From Patescibacteria group bacterium UBA5147 (GTDB lineage: Bacteria > Patescibacteriota > Saccharimonadia > UBA4664), in contig DHXV01000002.1 in assembly GCA_002415345.1 (NCBI GenBank), positions 1 to 39,398 on the forward strand: 39,398 nucleotides of DNA, given 5' to 3'. The translations under genes were made by a program, and so were the position numbers. Numbering within the stretch: the first letter of the stretch is position 1; every line of letters starts with the position of its first letter. Below are positions 1-12,159 of the stretch, in pieces. The notes beneath the pieces were generated by a model. It was not told where the DNA came from, did no database searches, and was given only the letters and a program-made list of their open reading frames with translations.

Positions 1-1
1 T

Positions 2-77
2 GCGGGTGTAGCTCAGTTGATAGAGCGCTTCCTTGCCAAGGAAGAGGCCCAGGGTTTGAGTCCCTGTACCCGCACCA
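2..77 (+). tRNA. tRNA-Gly (anticodon GCC), CCA encoded
   Basis: Cloverleaf read by eye. Acceptor GCGGGTG/TACCCGC, D-arm GCTC-AGTTGATA-GAGC, anticodon stem CTTCC/GGAAG with loop TTGCCAA, T-arm CAGGG-TTTGAGT-CCCTG, then A + CCA. Confidence 0.9.
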
Positions 78-94
78 ATTGAACCTAAACAAAA

Positions 95-118
95 AGCGAC
101 CGAAAGGTCTCTTTTTGT
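95..118 (+). terminator. Weak hairpin (GACC-GAAA-GGTC core) followed by a T-tract after tRNA-Gly
   Basis: AAAAAGCGACCGAAAGGTCTCTTTTTG: short imperfect stem followed by TTTTT. Confidence 0.4.
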
Positions 119-157
119 TATTATGAACTTAAGATGTAATAAAACTATGGGCAAACC

Positions 158-640
158 ATGGCCAAACTAAGGTTAGTGAAATCTGATTTAGATCAGCCGA
201 TCGCGGAGCTAGCGGGAAAAGCTGACCATAAGACGCTTGCGGTGTGGGCTTGTGACTGCGCTGAGCGTGTTTTGCCGTATTTTGAGGAAAAATACCCAAC
301 TGATGACCGCCCAAGAGCCGCTATTGAAGCCGGCCGAGCGTGGGCGCGTACGGGGGTGTTTCGGATGGTCGATATTCGTCAGACTTCACTTGCTTCCCAC
401 GCAGCGGCTCGTGATGCGGAGGACGGCAGTGCGGCACTCTCGGCCGCCCGCGCTGCCGGGCAAGCCGTCGCGAGCGCCCATGCGGCCGGCCATGCCATCG
501 TCGCGGCCATTTACGCTACTACGGCCGTAAGGGACGGAGCCCGAGCTGCCGATGTCGTCGCCGCTGTCACGAAGGAACGCGAGTGGCAATACCAACATTT
601 GCGTAATTTATGCCGCTCCGCTAGAAGCGCCCCGCATTAG
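158..640 (+). CDS. Hypothetical Ala-rich helical protein; resembles, from memory, the actinobacterial 'putative immunity protein' family often mislabelled SbcC
   Basis: 160-aa ORF. Motifs LAVWACDCAERVLPYFE...DDRPRAAIEAGRAWARTG...AHAAGHA match my recollection of that family. No search was run. Confidence 0.6.
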   Translation: MAKLRLVKSDLDQPIAELAGKADHKTLAVWACDCAERVLPYFEEKYPTDDRPRAAIEAGRAWARTGVFRMVDIRQTSLASHAAARDAEDGSAALSAARAAGQAVASAHAAGHAIVAAIYATTAVRDGARAADVVAAVTKEREWQYQHLRNLCRSARSAPH

Positions 641-722
641 AGAGGCGTGTTCTTGGTATTTTGATACATAAATCTAAGAATTTACGGTTCTACAATGGAT
701 TGGCGATTTAAGGAGGTTCATC

Positions 723-1061
723 ATGGCAAAATACATGATTTTGTATAATTCGAGCGCGAATGCGACTGAGTTGATGGCTAACGCCACCCCCGAGGAGATG
801 CAAGCCAGTATGGAAGAATGGATTGCGTGGAGAGCGGAAGCGGATAAAGTCGCCAAAATCGAGTTTGGCCTGCCGCTGCAAGCGAGGAGTCGAATTACTC
901 CTGACGGGGCAAGCAAGAGCGATAGTCAAGTTTCCGGATACTCCATCGTTGAAGGGGAATCAATGGAAGCACTAATCGGGGTACTGCAAAAACATCCTCA
1001 TTTGCAACGTCCGGGTGCTTCGATTGATGTCTTGGAAATGCTATCGATGCCAGGGCTCTAA
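723..1061 (+). CDS. Small YCII/Dabb-like (ferredoxin-like fold) protein, function unknown
   Basis: 112-aa ORF with strong SD AAGGAGG 6 nt upstream of the ATG. The MAKYMILY... N-terminus and size are typical of YCII-related proteins. Confidence 0.65.
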   Translation: MAKYMILYNSSANATELMANATPEEMQASMEEWIAWRAEADKVAKIEFGLPLQARSRITPDGASKSDSQVSGYSIVEGESMEALIGVLQKHPHLQRPGASIDVLEMLSMPGL

Positions 1062-1148
1062 GCGGGCTGGCTGGTGCCTGTTCAGGGCTACAAAAAACCA
1101 TTATCATAAGCATAAGTCAAACCAAACATAATACTAATCGAAATACTT

Positions 1149-3668
1149 ATGAAATCGTACCTCTCGCCTTACCTCAACCAAACTGATGAGCAGGTACTAG
1201 GCGCTCTTGAAGTCGGCTTGGAAGGCCTGACTTCAGCTCAAGCGGCCGCTCGCAACTCACTGCATGGCCTCAACACCATCCCGGTCCGCAAGAGCGGTCC
1301 CTGGCCGATTTTGTGGCGTCAGATAACAGGTAACCCGCTGATCATCATATTGGCGGTGGCCACGCTCGTCTCGTATTTCTTAGGGCAACAAATCAGCGCG
1401 TACTACATATTTGTCATGATCCTGGTCAGCATTCTGCTGGGATTCTGGAATGAATATGCGGCTGAGCGGACGGTACAAGCACTGCTGCGCCGGGTTTCGC
1501 TGTCGGCCATCGTGGTACGGGGCGGTGAAAAGATGGAGGTGCCGGTTCTCCATTTGACGCTTGGTGACATCGTGCTCCTGGCACCCGGTTCCATTGTGCC
1601 GGCCGACCTGAGACTGCTTGAAGTCGGTAATCTTGAGCTTGATCAATCTTCGCTCACCGGCGAGTCCAAAACCGTTTTTAAGACCGGCAACCCCCTGACC
1701 GCGGACCCGGTTGGGATAGGTGATTTCGCCAACGTCGCCTTCATGAGCACCGTGGTGACGAGCGGTTGGGGCAGAGGAGTGGTGGTTGGCATTGGCCAAG
1801 GTACCGAATTCGGCAAGATAGCTCAAACCGTTTCGTTTGTAAAACCGGAGACTGAGTTCCAGCGTGGGCTCCGGGAATTCGGCAACTTAATCGTTGGCGT
1901 CATCATCGCGCTGACGGTGGTTATCTTCAGCGTCAACGCCATGCTGGGCCATCCCGTTATCGACTCGCTGTTGTTCGCGCTGGCCATTGCGGTGGGTTTG
2001 ACGCCGGAGCTGCTGCCCATAATCGTTACTATCAGCTTGTCGCACGGCGCCGGTAAGTTGGCCAAAAAGCACGTCATCGCCAAACAGCTCATCTCCATTG
2101 AGAACCTCGGTAACATGGACATCCTGTGTACCGATAAAACCGGCACGCTCACCGAGGGCTCCATAGAGGTGGCCGGGGCGGTGAACGCTCATGGCGAGCC
2201 GACTCCGGAGCTGTTTATGCTCGGTATTGCCGCCAACAGCGCGGTTCATCATCACAAAATCATCGGTAACGCCATCGACGTGGCTCTATGGACCCACGCC
2301 CACTCGGTCAAGCTGAAGCTGCCTCAAGACTTCGCCAAAATCGTCGAGCAACCGTTTGATTATGACCGCCAGGCGATGTTTGCGGTTGCCGATTTTAACG
2401 GCCGCCGCCGGCTCATCGCCAAGGGCTCGCCGGAGGCAATCTTGGCTCGTTGTGACCTCACGCCGCACGAGGCCGGACTGGCCCGTGAGCTCTATATTGC
2501 ACTCAGTCAGCAGGGGCTGCGGGTTATCGCCTTGGCCACCAAAACCGTCGGTCATCAAGCGGATTACGACTGGGATGATTTCAAGGCGCTCAAATTTGCC
2601 GGCTTCATCAGTTTGGTCGACCTGCCTAAAAAGTCGGCTAAGGAATCACTTCTGAAGTTGGAACGACTTGGCGTGGCCGTAAAAATTATCACCGGTGACA
2701 GCGAAATCATTACCCGTCACATCTGCGACGAAGTCGGTGTGCCGGTAACGCGCGTGGTACTGGGCAGTGAGCTTGAGACGCTTCGCGGCGCCGACTTGGC
2801 TCGGGTTGTCCTGGAAGCCAACGTGTTTGCCCGGGTTACACCCAGCCAAAAATTGCAGATCATCGAGGAGCTGCAAAAGCAGGGCCATACCGTGGGCTTT
2901 TTGGGCGACGGTATCAACGACATCCCCTCGCTGCACAACGCCGATGTCGGCATCTCGGTTAATACCGCCGTTGACGTTGCCAAGGACGCCGCTCCGTTGG
3001 TGCTGCTCCGCAAAGGCCTCGACACCATCGCTGACGGCGTCATCGAAGGCCGCCGCACCTTTAACAACACCATCAAATATATCCTGATGGGTACCAGCTC
3101 CAACTTCGGCAACATGTTTTCGGCGGCCGGCGCATCGTTTTTCTTGCCCTTCTTGCCCATGCTGCCAATCCAGATCCTGCTGACTAACAGCCTCTACGAT
3201 ATCTCCCAAATCACTATCCCGTCCGATAATGTTGACGAAGAATCGCTCCTCAAGCCCCGCCATTGGAACATCAACTTCATCAAGTACTACATGATGTTCT
3301 TTGGGCCTATCAGCTCGCTATATGACTTCCTGACTTTCGGCATAATGTTGCTCGTTTTCCATGCCAGCGGGCCGCTTTTCCAGACCGGCTGGTTCGTTGA
3401 GTCTCTGGCCACCGAGATTCTGGTGGTGTTCGTCATCCGCACTTCACGCACGCCGTTCTATAAGAGCCGACCCGGTAAGTGGCTGGCTATCACCTGTGTC
3501 GGTATGGTGGCCATCGGTCTTGCCCTGCCAATCTCGCCGCTGGCGTCCAGCCTGGGATTCGTACCGCTCCCGCCGTTGTTCTTCGCCTTCCTGATCTTCC
3601 TCGTTGGAACCTATTTGTTCCTGGTTGCCCGGCTCAAGGATATCTTTTTGAAGCGTTTCAGCCTGTAA
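1149..3668 (+). CDS. mgtA: Magnesium-translocating P-type ATPase (MgtA/MgtB type)
   Basis: 839 aa. Phosphorylation motif DKTGTLT, TGES, TGDS, GDGINDIPSL hinge. The TM segment PFLPMLPIQILLTNSLYDISQITIPSDNVDEE matches the MgtA signature. Confidence 0.9.
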   Translation: MKSYLSPYLNQTDEQVLGALEVGLEGLTSAQAAARNSLHGLNTIPVRKSGPWPILWRQITGNPLIIILAVATLVSYFLGQQISAYYIFVMILVSILLGFWNEYAAERTVQALLRRVSLSAIVVRGGEKMEVPVLHLTLGDIVLLAPGSIVPADLRLLEVGNLELDQSSLTGESKTVFKTGNPLTADPVGIGDFANVAFMSTVVTSGWGRGVVVGIGQGTEFGKIAQTVSFVKPETEFQRGLREFGNLIVGVIIALTVVIFSVNAMLGHPVIDSLLFALAIAVGLTPELLPIIVTISLSHGAGKLAKKHVIAKQLISIENLGNMDILCTDKTGTLTEGSIEVAGAVNAHGEPTPELFMLGIAANSAVHHHKIIGNAIDVALWTHAHSVKLKLPQDFAKIVEQPFDYDRQAMFAVADFNGRRRLIAKGSPEAILARCDLTPHEAGLARELYIALSQQGLRVIALATKTVGHQADYDWDDFKALKFAGFISLVDLPKKSAKESLLKLERLGVAVKIITGDSEIITRHICDEVGVPVTRVVLGSELETLRGADLARVVLEANVFARVTPSQKLQIIEELQKQGHTVGFLGDGINDIPSLHNADVGISVNTAVDVAKDAAPLVLLRKGLDTIADGVIEGRRTFNNTIKYILMGTSSNFGNMFSAAGASFFLPFLPMLPIQILLTNSLYDISQITIPSDNVDEESLLKPRHWNINFIKYYMMFFGPISSLYDFLTFGIMLLVFHASGPLFQTGWFVESLATEILVVFVIRTSRTPFYKSRPGKWLAITCVGMVAIGLALPISPLASSLGFVPLPPLFFAFLIFLVGTYLFLVARLKDIFLKRFSL

Positions 3669-3732
3669 TAACCATAACTATGGTTTTCTTCATGGCGCTA
3701 CCACGGTATAATCAAGCGGTTACCCCACGCAC

Positions 3733-3806
3733 GGCACCTTGGCGGAGTGGTTACGTAGCGGTCTGCAAAACCGTGTACACGGGTTCGAATCCCGTAGGTG
3801 CCTCCA
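3733..3806 (+). tRNA. tRNA-Cys (anticodon GCA), CCA encoded
   Basis: Acceptor GGCACCT/AGGTGCC, anticodon loop CTGCAAA, T-arm CGGGTTCGAATCCCG, then T + CCA. Confidence 0.88.
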
Positions 3807-3816
3807 GTTATAATTT

Positions 3817-3902
3817 GGGCGGGTGGTGGAATGGTATACACGGGGGACTTAAAATCCCCTGGCCTAACGGTCTTGCGGGTTCGATCCCCGCCCCGCCTAC
3901 CA
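3817..3902 (+). tRNA. tRNA-Leu (anticodon TAA), class II with long variable arm, CCA encoded
   Basis: Acceptor GGGCGGG/CCCGCCT, anticodon stem GGGGA/TCCCC with loop CTTAAAA, long variable arm TGGCCTAACGGTCTTGC, T-arm GCGGG-TTCGATC-CCCGC, then A + CCA. Confidence 0.88.
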
Positions 3903-3938
3903 AAGAAAAGGCCCCGACAATGTCGGGGCCTTTTCTTT
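3902..3938. terminator. Bidirectional rho-independent terminator (18-nt perfect palindrome arms)
   Basis: AAAGAAAAGGCCCCGACA-A-TGTCGGGGCCTTTTCTTT: GC-rich stem flanked by an A-tract and a T-tract. Confidence 0.8.
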
Positions 3939-4095
3939 GCGGATACGAACTGGATCGAACCCACGTTATGAGCGTTCGGGGAAGCGTAACAAGACGTTTT
4001 TAGGGCGATAAAACCCGGAGCGACCGTGGCGAAGCCACATCCCCGCCCCGCCTGTTCCTAAGGCTACGGATAGCTCGGTCCCAAGTGAGGAACGA

Positions 4096-5001
4096 TTAGC
4101 TACTGCGCCTGAATCGCCGCCATAACAACCACCCGTACAACGCTATCACAAGCCCGACAGTAAGCAGCAGGATCACCAGCGTCAACGTAGGTATCTGAAT
4201 CACCCAGTGCGACAGCGTGGGCCCGTTGGCCTCCAAGTAGTGAGGCGTGACAGAGACCTTGTAAATCCCGATGGGCCCGGCTACTCCCAGTTCTAAATTA
4301 AAGCGGCGCGTGGTGCCGGGAAGCACCTCACCCTTGAAGGCTGTCTTGGCCTTGTGACTGCCGAACAAGTCGGTGGCAACAATTTCGCCGGAGGCGGCAA
4401 AGTGGACGTTGCCGCTGTTCTTCATCCGCAGTGTCGCCGTCAGCGGTGAGCTGCTCTGAAGCCACGGTGCCGTGAACGAGGCGATGCTGCCGTCGCGCGA
4501 GACCGCCCCGGTGACGTTGAGGTAAAACAAGGAGCCCAGTTTCTGCACGCGGGCAATAGAGTTGCCGCTGCCCACCTTGGGTACGGTCTCGGCGAACACC
4601 GCCACATAATGACCGCCGATGGCCGCCGTGACGGGCACGCGGATGGTGTAGGGAACTTTGAACTCTTCGCCGGTCTTAATGGTGGCGGAGGTCTGCGGCA
4701 AGTTAAACCAGGTTACCGCGGAGACGTCGTGGCTCGAACTAACGGAGTTAAAATCGGCCTGATACGATTCGTCGGTGACGTGATAATCGGAAATCGAAAT
4801 CTTATATACAATATCGGAAGTGCCGTCGTTGATGACGGTAACGCTGCCGGTGGTCGAACCGCCCGGGGCGATTTCCAGCTCCTGGCTGGTGGGGGAGACG
4901 CCGATGCCCTGAACGGCCGCATGAGCTGAGGCAGCGGCATAAAAAATAGCTATAACAATAATAAGGGCGGCCGAGCCACCAAGTTTAAAGCGTTGTCCCA
5001 T
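4096..5001 (-). CDS. Cell-surface protein, DUF916/DUF3324-like (Ig-like, chaperone/anchor partner of WxL-type clusters), with C-terminal TM anchor
   Basis: 301 aa. N-terminal signal/TM (AASAHAAVQG), then VSPTSQELEIAPGGSTTGSVTVINDG, C-terminal TM followed by RRFRRSS. This pattern recalls DUF916 proteins. Confidence 0.65.
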   Translation of the reverse strand: MGQRFKLGGSAALIIVIAIFYAAASAHAAVQGIGVSPTSQELEIAPGGSTTGSVTVINDGTSDIVYKISISDYHVTDESYQADFNSVSSSHDVSAVTWFNLPQTSATIKTGEEFKVPYTIRVPVTAAIGGHYVAVFAETVPKVGSGNSIARVQKLGSLFYLNVTGAVSRDGSIASFTAPWLQSSSPLTATLRMKNSGNVHFAASGEIVATDLFGSHKAKTAFKGEVLPGTTRRFNLELGVAGPIGIYKVSVTPHYLEANGPTLSHWVIQIPTLTLVILLLTVGLVIALYGWLLWRRFRRSS

Positions 5002-5020
5002 AATGGGCGGCCTCTGTCGG

Positions 5021-5632
5021 TTAGTTGGTGGTGATAGTATACGTCACTGTGGCGGTATACGCACCAATCGCCTGGGCGTTGTTGACGCGTGAGCTGTACC
5101 AAACCGTATTGGTCGATGATCCGGTCGTGGCGGTGGTTTTGATGGTGTAGGGCGAGCCCGTGGCCGGCATGGCGGCGAAGGTGCCGGCGTTCGGGGCGGC
5201 GTTGGATATGACCGACGTCGGGCCGGCGCCAAAGGTGGCCAGGCTGTCGATGCGCCAGCCCCAGGTTCCGTTGGTCAGTGCGACGGGCGCGGCCGGGGAG
5301 CCGCCGATGGCCGCGATGGTGTTGGCGCCGCTCGCCATGGTTGTAGCAGCCGAGCTTGAAGCCATGGTAATAGTGAGGCCGGCGGTGTCGTTGGTGTTGG
5401 CCGTCACGGTGTCAGAGGCGATGGACTGTTTACCAGTCGTGTCAGGGGTAATGGCGCCGAGCGTTACGGTCGGCCCAGAGCTCCATGAGCTGATGACGGG
5501 GTTAACCGTTAAATCCACGTTAGTGTTGGTGGTCTGAGTGTCGGCCACGGCTGCAAACGGCAACGTCATCGCGGCCAGCGCCGTACCAGCTAAAGCGAAC
5601 CCGACGATGTGTTTGTTTTTAAGCGTAAGCAT
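5021..5632 (-). CDS. Secreted Thr/Ala-rich beta-type surface protein (possible fibre/adhesin subunit, WxL-cluster-like partner)
   Basis: 203 aa. Signal peptide ...LPFAAVADTQ. Low-complexity T/A/S-rich body ending TATVTYTITTN. Lies 19 nt upstream of the DUF916-like gene on the same strand. Confidence 0.6.
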   Translation of the reverse strand: MLTLKNKHIVGFALAGTALAAMTLPFAAVADTQTTNTNVDLTVNPVISSWSSGPTVTLGAITPDTTGKQSIASDTVTANTNDTAGLTITMASSSAATTMASGANTIAAIGGSPAAPVALTNGTWGWRIDSLATFGAGPTSVISNAAPNAGTFAAMPATGSPYTIKTTATTGSSTNTVWYSSRVNNAQAIGAYTATVTYTITTN

Positions 5633-5643
5633 AATATGGGTTA

Positions 5644-5672
5644 ACTATATGAAAAATCGTGCCCAATGTCAA
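5644..5672 (-). promoter_or_regulatory. sigma70-type promoter TTGACA-17-TATAGT for the surface-protein operon; near-leaderless
   Basis: Minus strand reads TTGACA ttgggcacgatttttca TATAGT. The ATG at 5632 lies 11 nt after the -10 and no SD is present. Confidence 0.6.
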
Positions 5673-5718
5673 ACCAATCGTTCATTCAAAGTGTAAGATG
5701 CAAATGAACGCTAAAATT

Positions 5719-5727
5719 TGCTATAAT
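5719..5727 (+). promoter_or_regulatory. Extended -10 element TGcTATAAT upstream of lemA
   Basis: TGCTATAAT lies 26 nt before the lemA ATG. SD GAAGGA lies between them. Confidence 0.5.
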
Positions 5728-5752
5728 AAGGGATAAGAAAGAAGGACACCCC

Positions 5753-6307
5753 ATGATTCCATATATTATTATCGCCGTAATCATCGTGCTAGGTTTTGCC
5801 ATCGTGGCGGTCTACAACGGACTGGTCACCTCGCGCGTTCGGGTCGATGAAGCCTGGAGCGATATCAACGTCCAGCTCAAGCGTCGTTATGACCTGATCC
5901 CTAACCTGGTGAACATCGTCAAAGGCTACGCCACGCACGAGAAGACCGTGTTCGAGGAAGTCACCAATGCCCGGACCGCGGCCATGAACGCTCCGACCAT
6001 CGCCGACAAGGCCGTGGCCGAGAACCAGCTGGCTGGCACCCTTAAAAGCCTGTTCGCCGTCGCCGAAGCCTACCCCGACCTTAAGGCCAGCGAGAACTTC
6101 AAGCAGCTCCAGGGTGAGCTCGTCGATACCGAAGACAAGATCCAGGCCTCACGCCGGTTCTACAACGGCAACGTCCGCGATTTCAATATCAAGCTGTCGG
6201 TTTTCCCGACCAACCTGTTTGCCAGCATGCTCGGCTTCACCGCTCGCGACTTCTTTGAAGCCGAGAACCAGGCCGAAGTCGAGAAGCCGGTCGACGTTAA
6301 GTTTTAG
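5753..6307 (+). CDS. lemA: LemA family membrane protein
   Basis: 184 aa. N-terminal TM, then [33 protein letters not shown], typical of LemA. Adjacent to htpX, a common pairing. Confidence 0.88.
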   Translation: MIPYIIIAVIIVLGFAIVAVYNGLVTSRVRVDEAWSDINVQLKRRYDLIPNLVNIVKGYATHEKTVFEEVTNARTAAMNAPTIADKAVAENQLAGTLKSLFAVAEAYPDLKASENFKQLQGELVDTEDKIQASRRFYNGNVRDFNIKLSVFPTNLFASMLGFTARDFFEAENQAEVEKPVDVKF

Positions 6308-6316
6308 GAGCCTGTT

Positions 6317-6820
6317 ATGTCCCAAGCCGAATTCCGTAACAGCTACAGCTGGCAGGGCGCTCTAGCCCTGGGGCCCAAGTTGGTCAGCCTGGCCGAAGAC
6401 CTGCCGGCCCACGAGCAGACCGGGCTGGTAATGCAAATCTCCGGATTAATGATTGATCTCCCGGCTATGGTAGCCCATGACTTAGTGGACGGCACGGCTT
6501 TGCGGTTTGCCCCTTACTACCGCCTTACCGCCGCCTTGGAACTGATTGAGCGCGTCTACCCGGCCCTCGATGCCGGTGAAGCCAAGTCTGACCTCGAAAC
6601 ACTGGGCGTCCGCCTGGCATCCCCCTCATTTACGGAGCTGGTCCCGGCTCCCGTAGTCGCCCCGGTCGACGAGGACGAAACCTCGACCGAACCGGAATCA
6701 ACCGACCCGGCGGCCACCACCCTGGTGCCGCAACCAACCCCCGTCCCATCATATGAACCCTCAGCCACACCTCAGTCCGAACAGGTAACCTCAGTCCATG
6801 TACAGCCAGATAGCCTCTAA
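6317..6820 (+). CDS. Hypothetical protein; N-terminal part is faintly four-helix-bundle (23S rRNA IVS protein)-like, with a Pro/Thr-rich tail
   Basis: 167 aa. SD AGGAG 6 nt upstream. The pattern SWQGALALGPKLVSLAEDLPAHEQTGLVMQ resembles W-Q-A...P..E..L..Q of four-helix-bundle proteins. Overlaps the htpX start by 23 nt. Confidence 0.5.
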   Translation: MSQAEFRNSYSWQGALALGPKLVSLAEDLPAHEQTGLVMQISGLMIDLPAMVAHDLVDGTALRFAPYYRLTAALELIERVYPALDAGEAKSDLETLGVRLASPSFTELVPAPVVAPVDEDETSTEPESTDPAATTLVPQPTPVPSYEPSATPQSEQVTSVHVQPDSL

Positions 6821-7696
6821 CAAACGCCGGAGCGTCATCTACGCTCTGGGTTTTGTGGTGCTTGTGGGCGCCTTCGGCTACGTGATCACCCTCGCGCTGG
6901 GCCGACCCGGTTTCTTTTATCCCATCCTGATTTTTGCGATCGCTTATGCGCTGTTCTCTTATTTCGGCTCGGCTAAACTGGCCATTATGACCAGCGGCGC
7001 CAGGGAAATTGCCAAGGCCGACGCGCCGGAGCTCTATCGCATCGTCGAGAACCTGTCCATCACGGCCGGGCTGCCCATGCCCAAGGTCTACATCATCGAC
7101 GACCCCTCGCCCAACGCCTTTGCCACCGGCCGCGACCCCCAGCACGCCGTCGTCGCCGTCACCACCGGCATCCTGCCGTTACTGGAGAAGACCGAGCTGG
7201 AGGGCGTGTTAGCCCATGAGCTCAGCCACGTCGGCAATTACGACATCCGCTTCATGGCCGTCATTATCGCTCTAGTCTCTATTATCTCGCTCTTGGCCGA
7301 CCTGTTCCTGCGCCTGAGCTTCTGGGGCGGCATGGGCGACGACGACGAGGGGGGCGGGATGAACCCCGTCATGATCGGCATCGGCATCGCCGGAGCCATT
7401 CTGGCGCCCATCGCCGCCGCCCTATTACAGATGGCTATCTCGCGCCGCCGCGAATTCCTGGCCGACGCCTCCGGCGCCCTGCTGACCCGCTACCCCGAAG
7501 GCTTGGCCGGCGCCCTCGAAAAAATCGAGGCCTACCCGCAAGGCATGCAGCGCGCCAGCTCCGCCACGGCCCCGCTCTACATTTCCAATACCCTCAAGGG
7601 CCGCAAGGGTTTTGCTCAGGGTATCTCCAAGTTGTTCAGTACCCATCCGCCTACTAGTGAACGCATCAAACGATTACGTGAAATGGAATCCCAACA

Positions 7697-7700
<4 letters not shown>
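6798..7700 (+). CDS. htpX: Zinc metalloprotease HtpX (peptidase M48)
   Basis: 300 aa. HELSHVGNYD (HExxH) motif, 4 TM segments, C-terminal FSTHPPTSERIKRL. Confidence 0.92.
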
Positions 7701-10524
<2,824 letters not shown>

Positions 10525-10650
10525 ATCAATCTCGACAAACCACGGAATAATGGACTAATATGAGCAGGTTCTTTCACAACCACCAGTGATGAGCCTTGGG
10601 CCGCCGATTACGGCGGTGAGAGGCAAGTCCTTAGTCTCCTTGGAGGAGAT

Positions 10651-11271
10651 ATGTCCCGCAGGCGCACCAAAAGCGACATCCTGTCAGGCCTCAGTATCGC
10701 GTCCAAGGTGTTCAGTAAGTTTCATAAAATGGGCGTTACCGACGCCGATTGGCAGCGTATCTTGTCTGATGATGTTTATGCCGCCCGAGTGGCTGCCATC
10801 ATCCGGAGCGCTGACCCCGAACTGGACGAAAACTCCTTCCCGGAGCTCCTGAAAACGCTCATGGCCGTCGGCACCATCGATACCTTCGACTCGTACTTCA
10901 AGCCGGCGTACGGCTTCATGTGGACCAACAAGGGGGACCACCACTCCGGTGAGTTTTATGTCTACAGTCCGGAGCGGTCCGACCGAAACGCCTTGACCTA
11001 TTCCGTAGGCAATGTAGCTATCTGGTTGGAGGATGAGGCCCAGCGAGTCGGCAAAGGGCTTCGCCACGCCACAGCCTACGACCTGGCCTACTTTGCCGGA
11101 CATGGTTGGGATCTTGCCGTAGGTGAAATCGTCGCCTTCGGTTCCTCTTTAGAGGACACGAACGGCAAGCGACAGGTGGCCTGCCTAAGGGGTGGCGTAG
11201 TTCGCCAGCTGACCCTGGAACCGGCCGATAAAACCTGGGGCAGGCGCGTTAACGTGCTCTGCGTCTGGTAG
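10651..11271 (+). CDS. Hypothetical protein
   Basis: 206-aa ORF with SD GGAGGAG just upstream of the ATG. No motif recognised. Confidence 0.55.
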   Translation: MSRRRTKSDILSGLSIASKVFSKFHKMGVTDADWQRILSDDVYAARVAAIIRSADPELDENSFPELLKTLMAVGTIDTFDSYFKPAYGFMWTNKGDHHSGEFYVYSPERSDRNALTYSVGNVAIWLEDEAQRVGKGLRHATAYDLAYFAGHGWDLAVGEIVAFGSSLEDTNGKRQVACLRGGVVRQLTLEPADKTWGRRVNVLCVW

Positions 11272-11395
11272 CAGTCAATTCTCGGTCGCCCACCAAGCGA
11301 CCACCACACCCTCACGGGGTGGGCAAGCCGCCCTCCTTGTGGGGGTGCTTTGCGTATTGACCATAGCCGTAAGTATGGCTTAGCTATTGTCAGGG

Positions 11396-11424
11396 TTGAC
11401 AATTATCATAAGAAAGTATAAGCT
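11396..11424 (+). promoter_or_regulatory. Candidate promoter for the TasA-like gene (TTGACA plus TATAAG/TAAGCT)
   Basis: Perfect -35 TTGACA at 11396-11401. The -10 is ambiguous: TATAAG at 15-nt spacing or TAAGCT at 17-nt spacing. Confidence 0.45.
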
Positions 11425-11478
11425 TATTTTTGTGTCTTCCACCAGTGAAGATTGTGCGCAACCCTGCGCTTGAGAGAA

Positions 11479-12150
11479 ATGAGCATCATGCGAAGCATCA
11501 AGAAGAAGCGGTATGCAGCGCTGGCCATCACGGCAGCCGCCGCACTCGTTCTGAGCCTCACCGCCGCAGGTGTTACTGGCGCGTACTTCAGCGATACCAA
11601 ATCGGGCGCTATCACCGGTACCACCGGCTCCGTCAAGGTGGCCACCTCGGGTGGCAGCGGCACCGACGGGCTGAACTTCGCCTTCGACAACCTGATGCCC
11701 GGCGAGCCCCAGACCGTGACGGTGAACTACCAGAACACCGGCAGTGGCGCGCAGGACATCTTCCTGACCTTCAAGGACGTGGCCGCGCTGCACGCGCTCA
11801 ACAACATGGGCAGCTACGGCGAGGTCACCGTGACCGACAGTTCCACCGGATTGCTGTTCCACTCGGTCAACCTGAACGACAACCGGCCGGATGCCTCCGC
11901 AACCTGCGGCGCGTTCGTTGAGACCGGCTGCTGGCCGTTGCCTGACAAGTTGCTCGTTCGCTCCGGATTGGCCAAGAACGCCACCGGCTCGGTGAGCTTC
12001 ACCTTCTCCTACCCGTCCAAGAAGACTGGCGGACAGGGCCTGGCCTGGAACATCTACCCGTCTCCCGGGGCGATTGCGTCTGACTCCCTCACCTCCGGTA
12101 ACGGCTTGCCGTTCAACGTGGTTGCCACTCAGGTCGGCCAGACTCCGTAG
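11479..12150 (+). CDS. TasA/CalY (camelysin, M73)-like secreted protein with SipW-dependent-type signal peptide
   Basis: The signal peptide is followed by GVTGAYFSDTKSG, the hallmark (T/A)-x-A-Y-F-S-D of SipW-cognate signal peptides. The body is beta-rich. A SipW-type peptidase is encoded immediately downstream. The start could be 11479 or 11488. Confidence 0.75.
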   Translation: MSIMRSIKKKRYAALAITAAAALVLSLTAAGVTGAYFSDTKSGAITGTTGSVKVATSGGSGTDGLNFAFDNLMPGEPQTVTVNYQNTGSGAQDIFLTFKDVAALHALNNMGSYGEVTVTDSSTGLLFHSVNLNDNRPDASATCGAFVETGCWPLPDKLLVRSGLAKNATGSVSFTFSYPSKKTGGQGLAWNIYPSPGAIASDSLTSGNGLPFNVVATQVGQTP

Positions 12151-12159
12151 GTTCGGGTC

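Noticed and set aside
1062-1148. Possible Mg2+ (M-box/ykoK) riboswitch upstream of mgtA
   Set aside because: Only about 87 nt of A/T-rich spacer is available, with none of the M-box conserved helices. That is too short for the roughly 160-nt aptamer.
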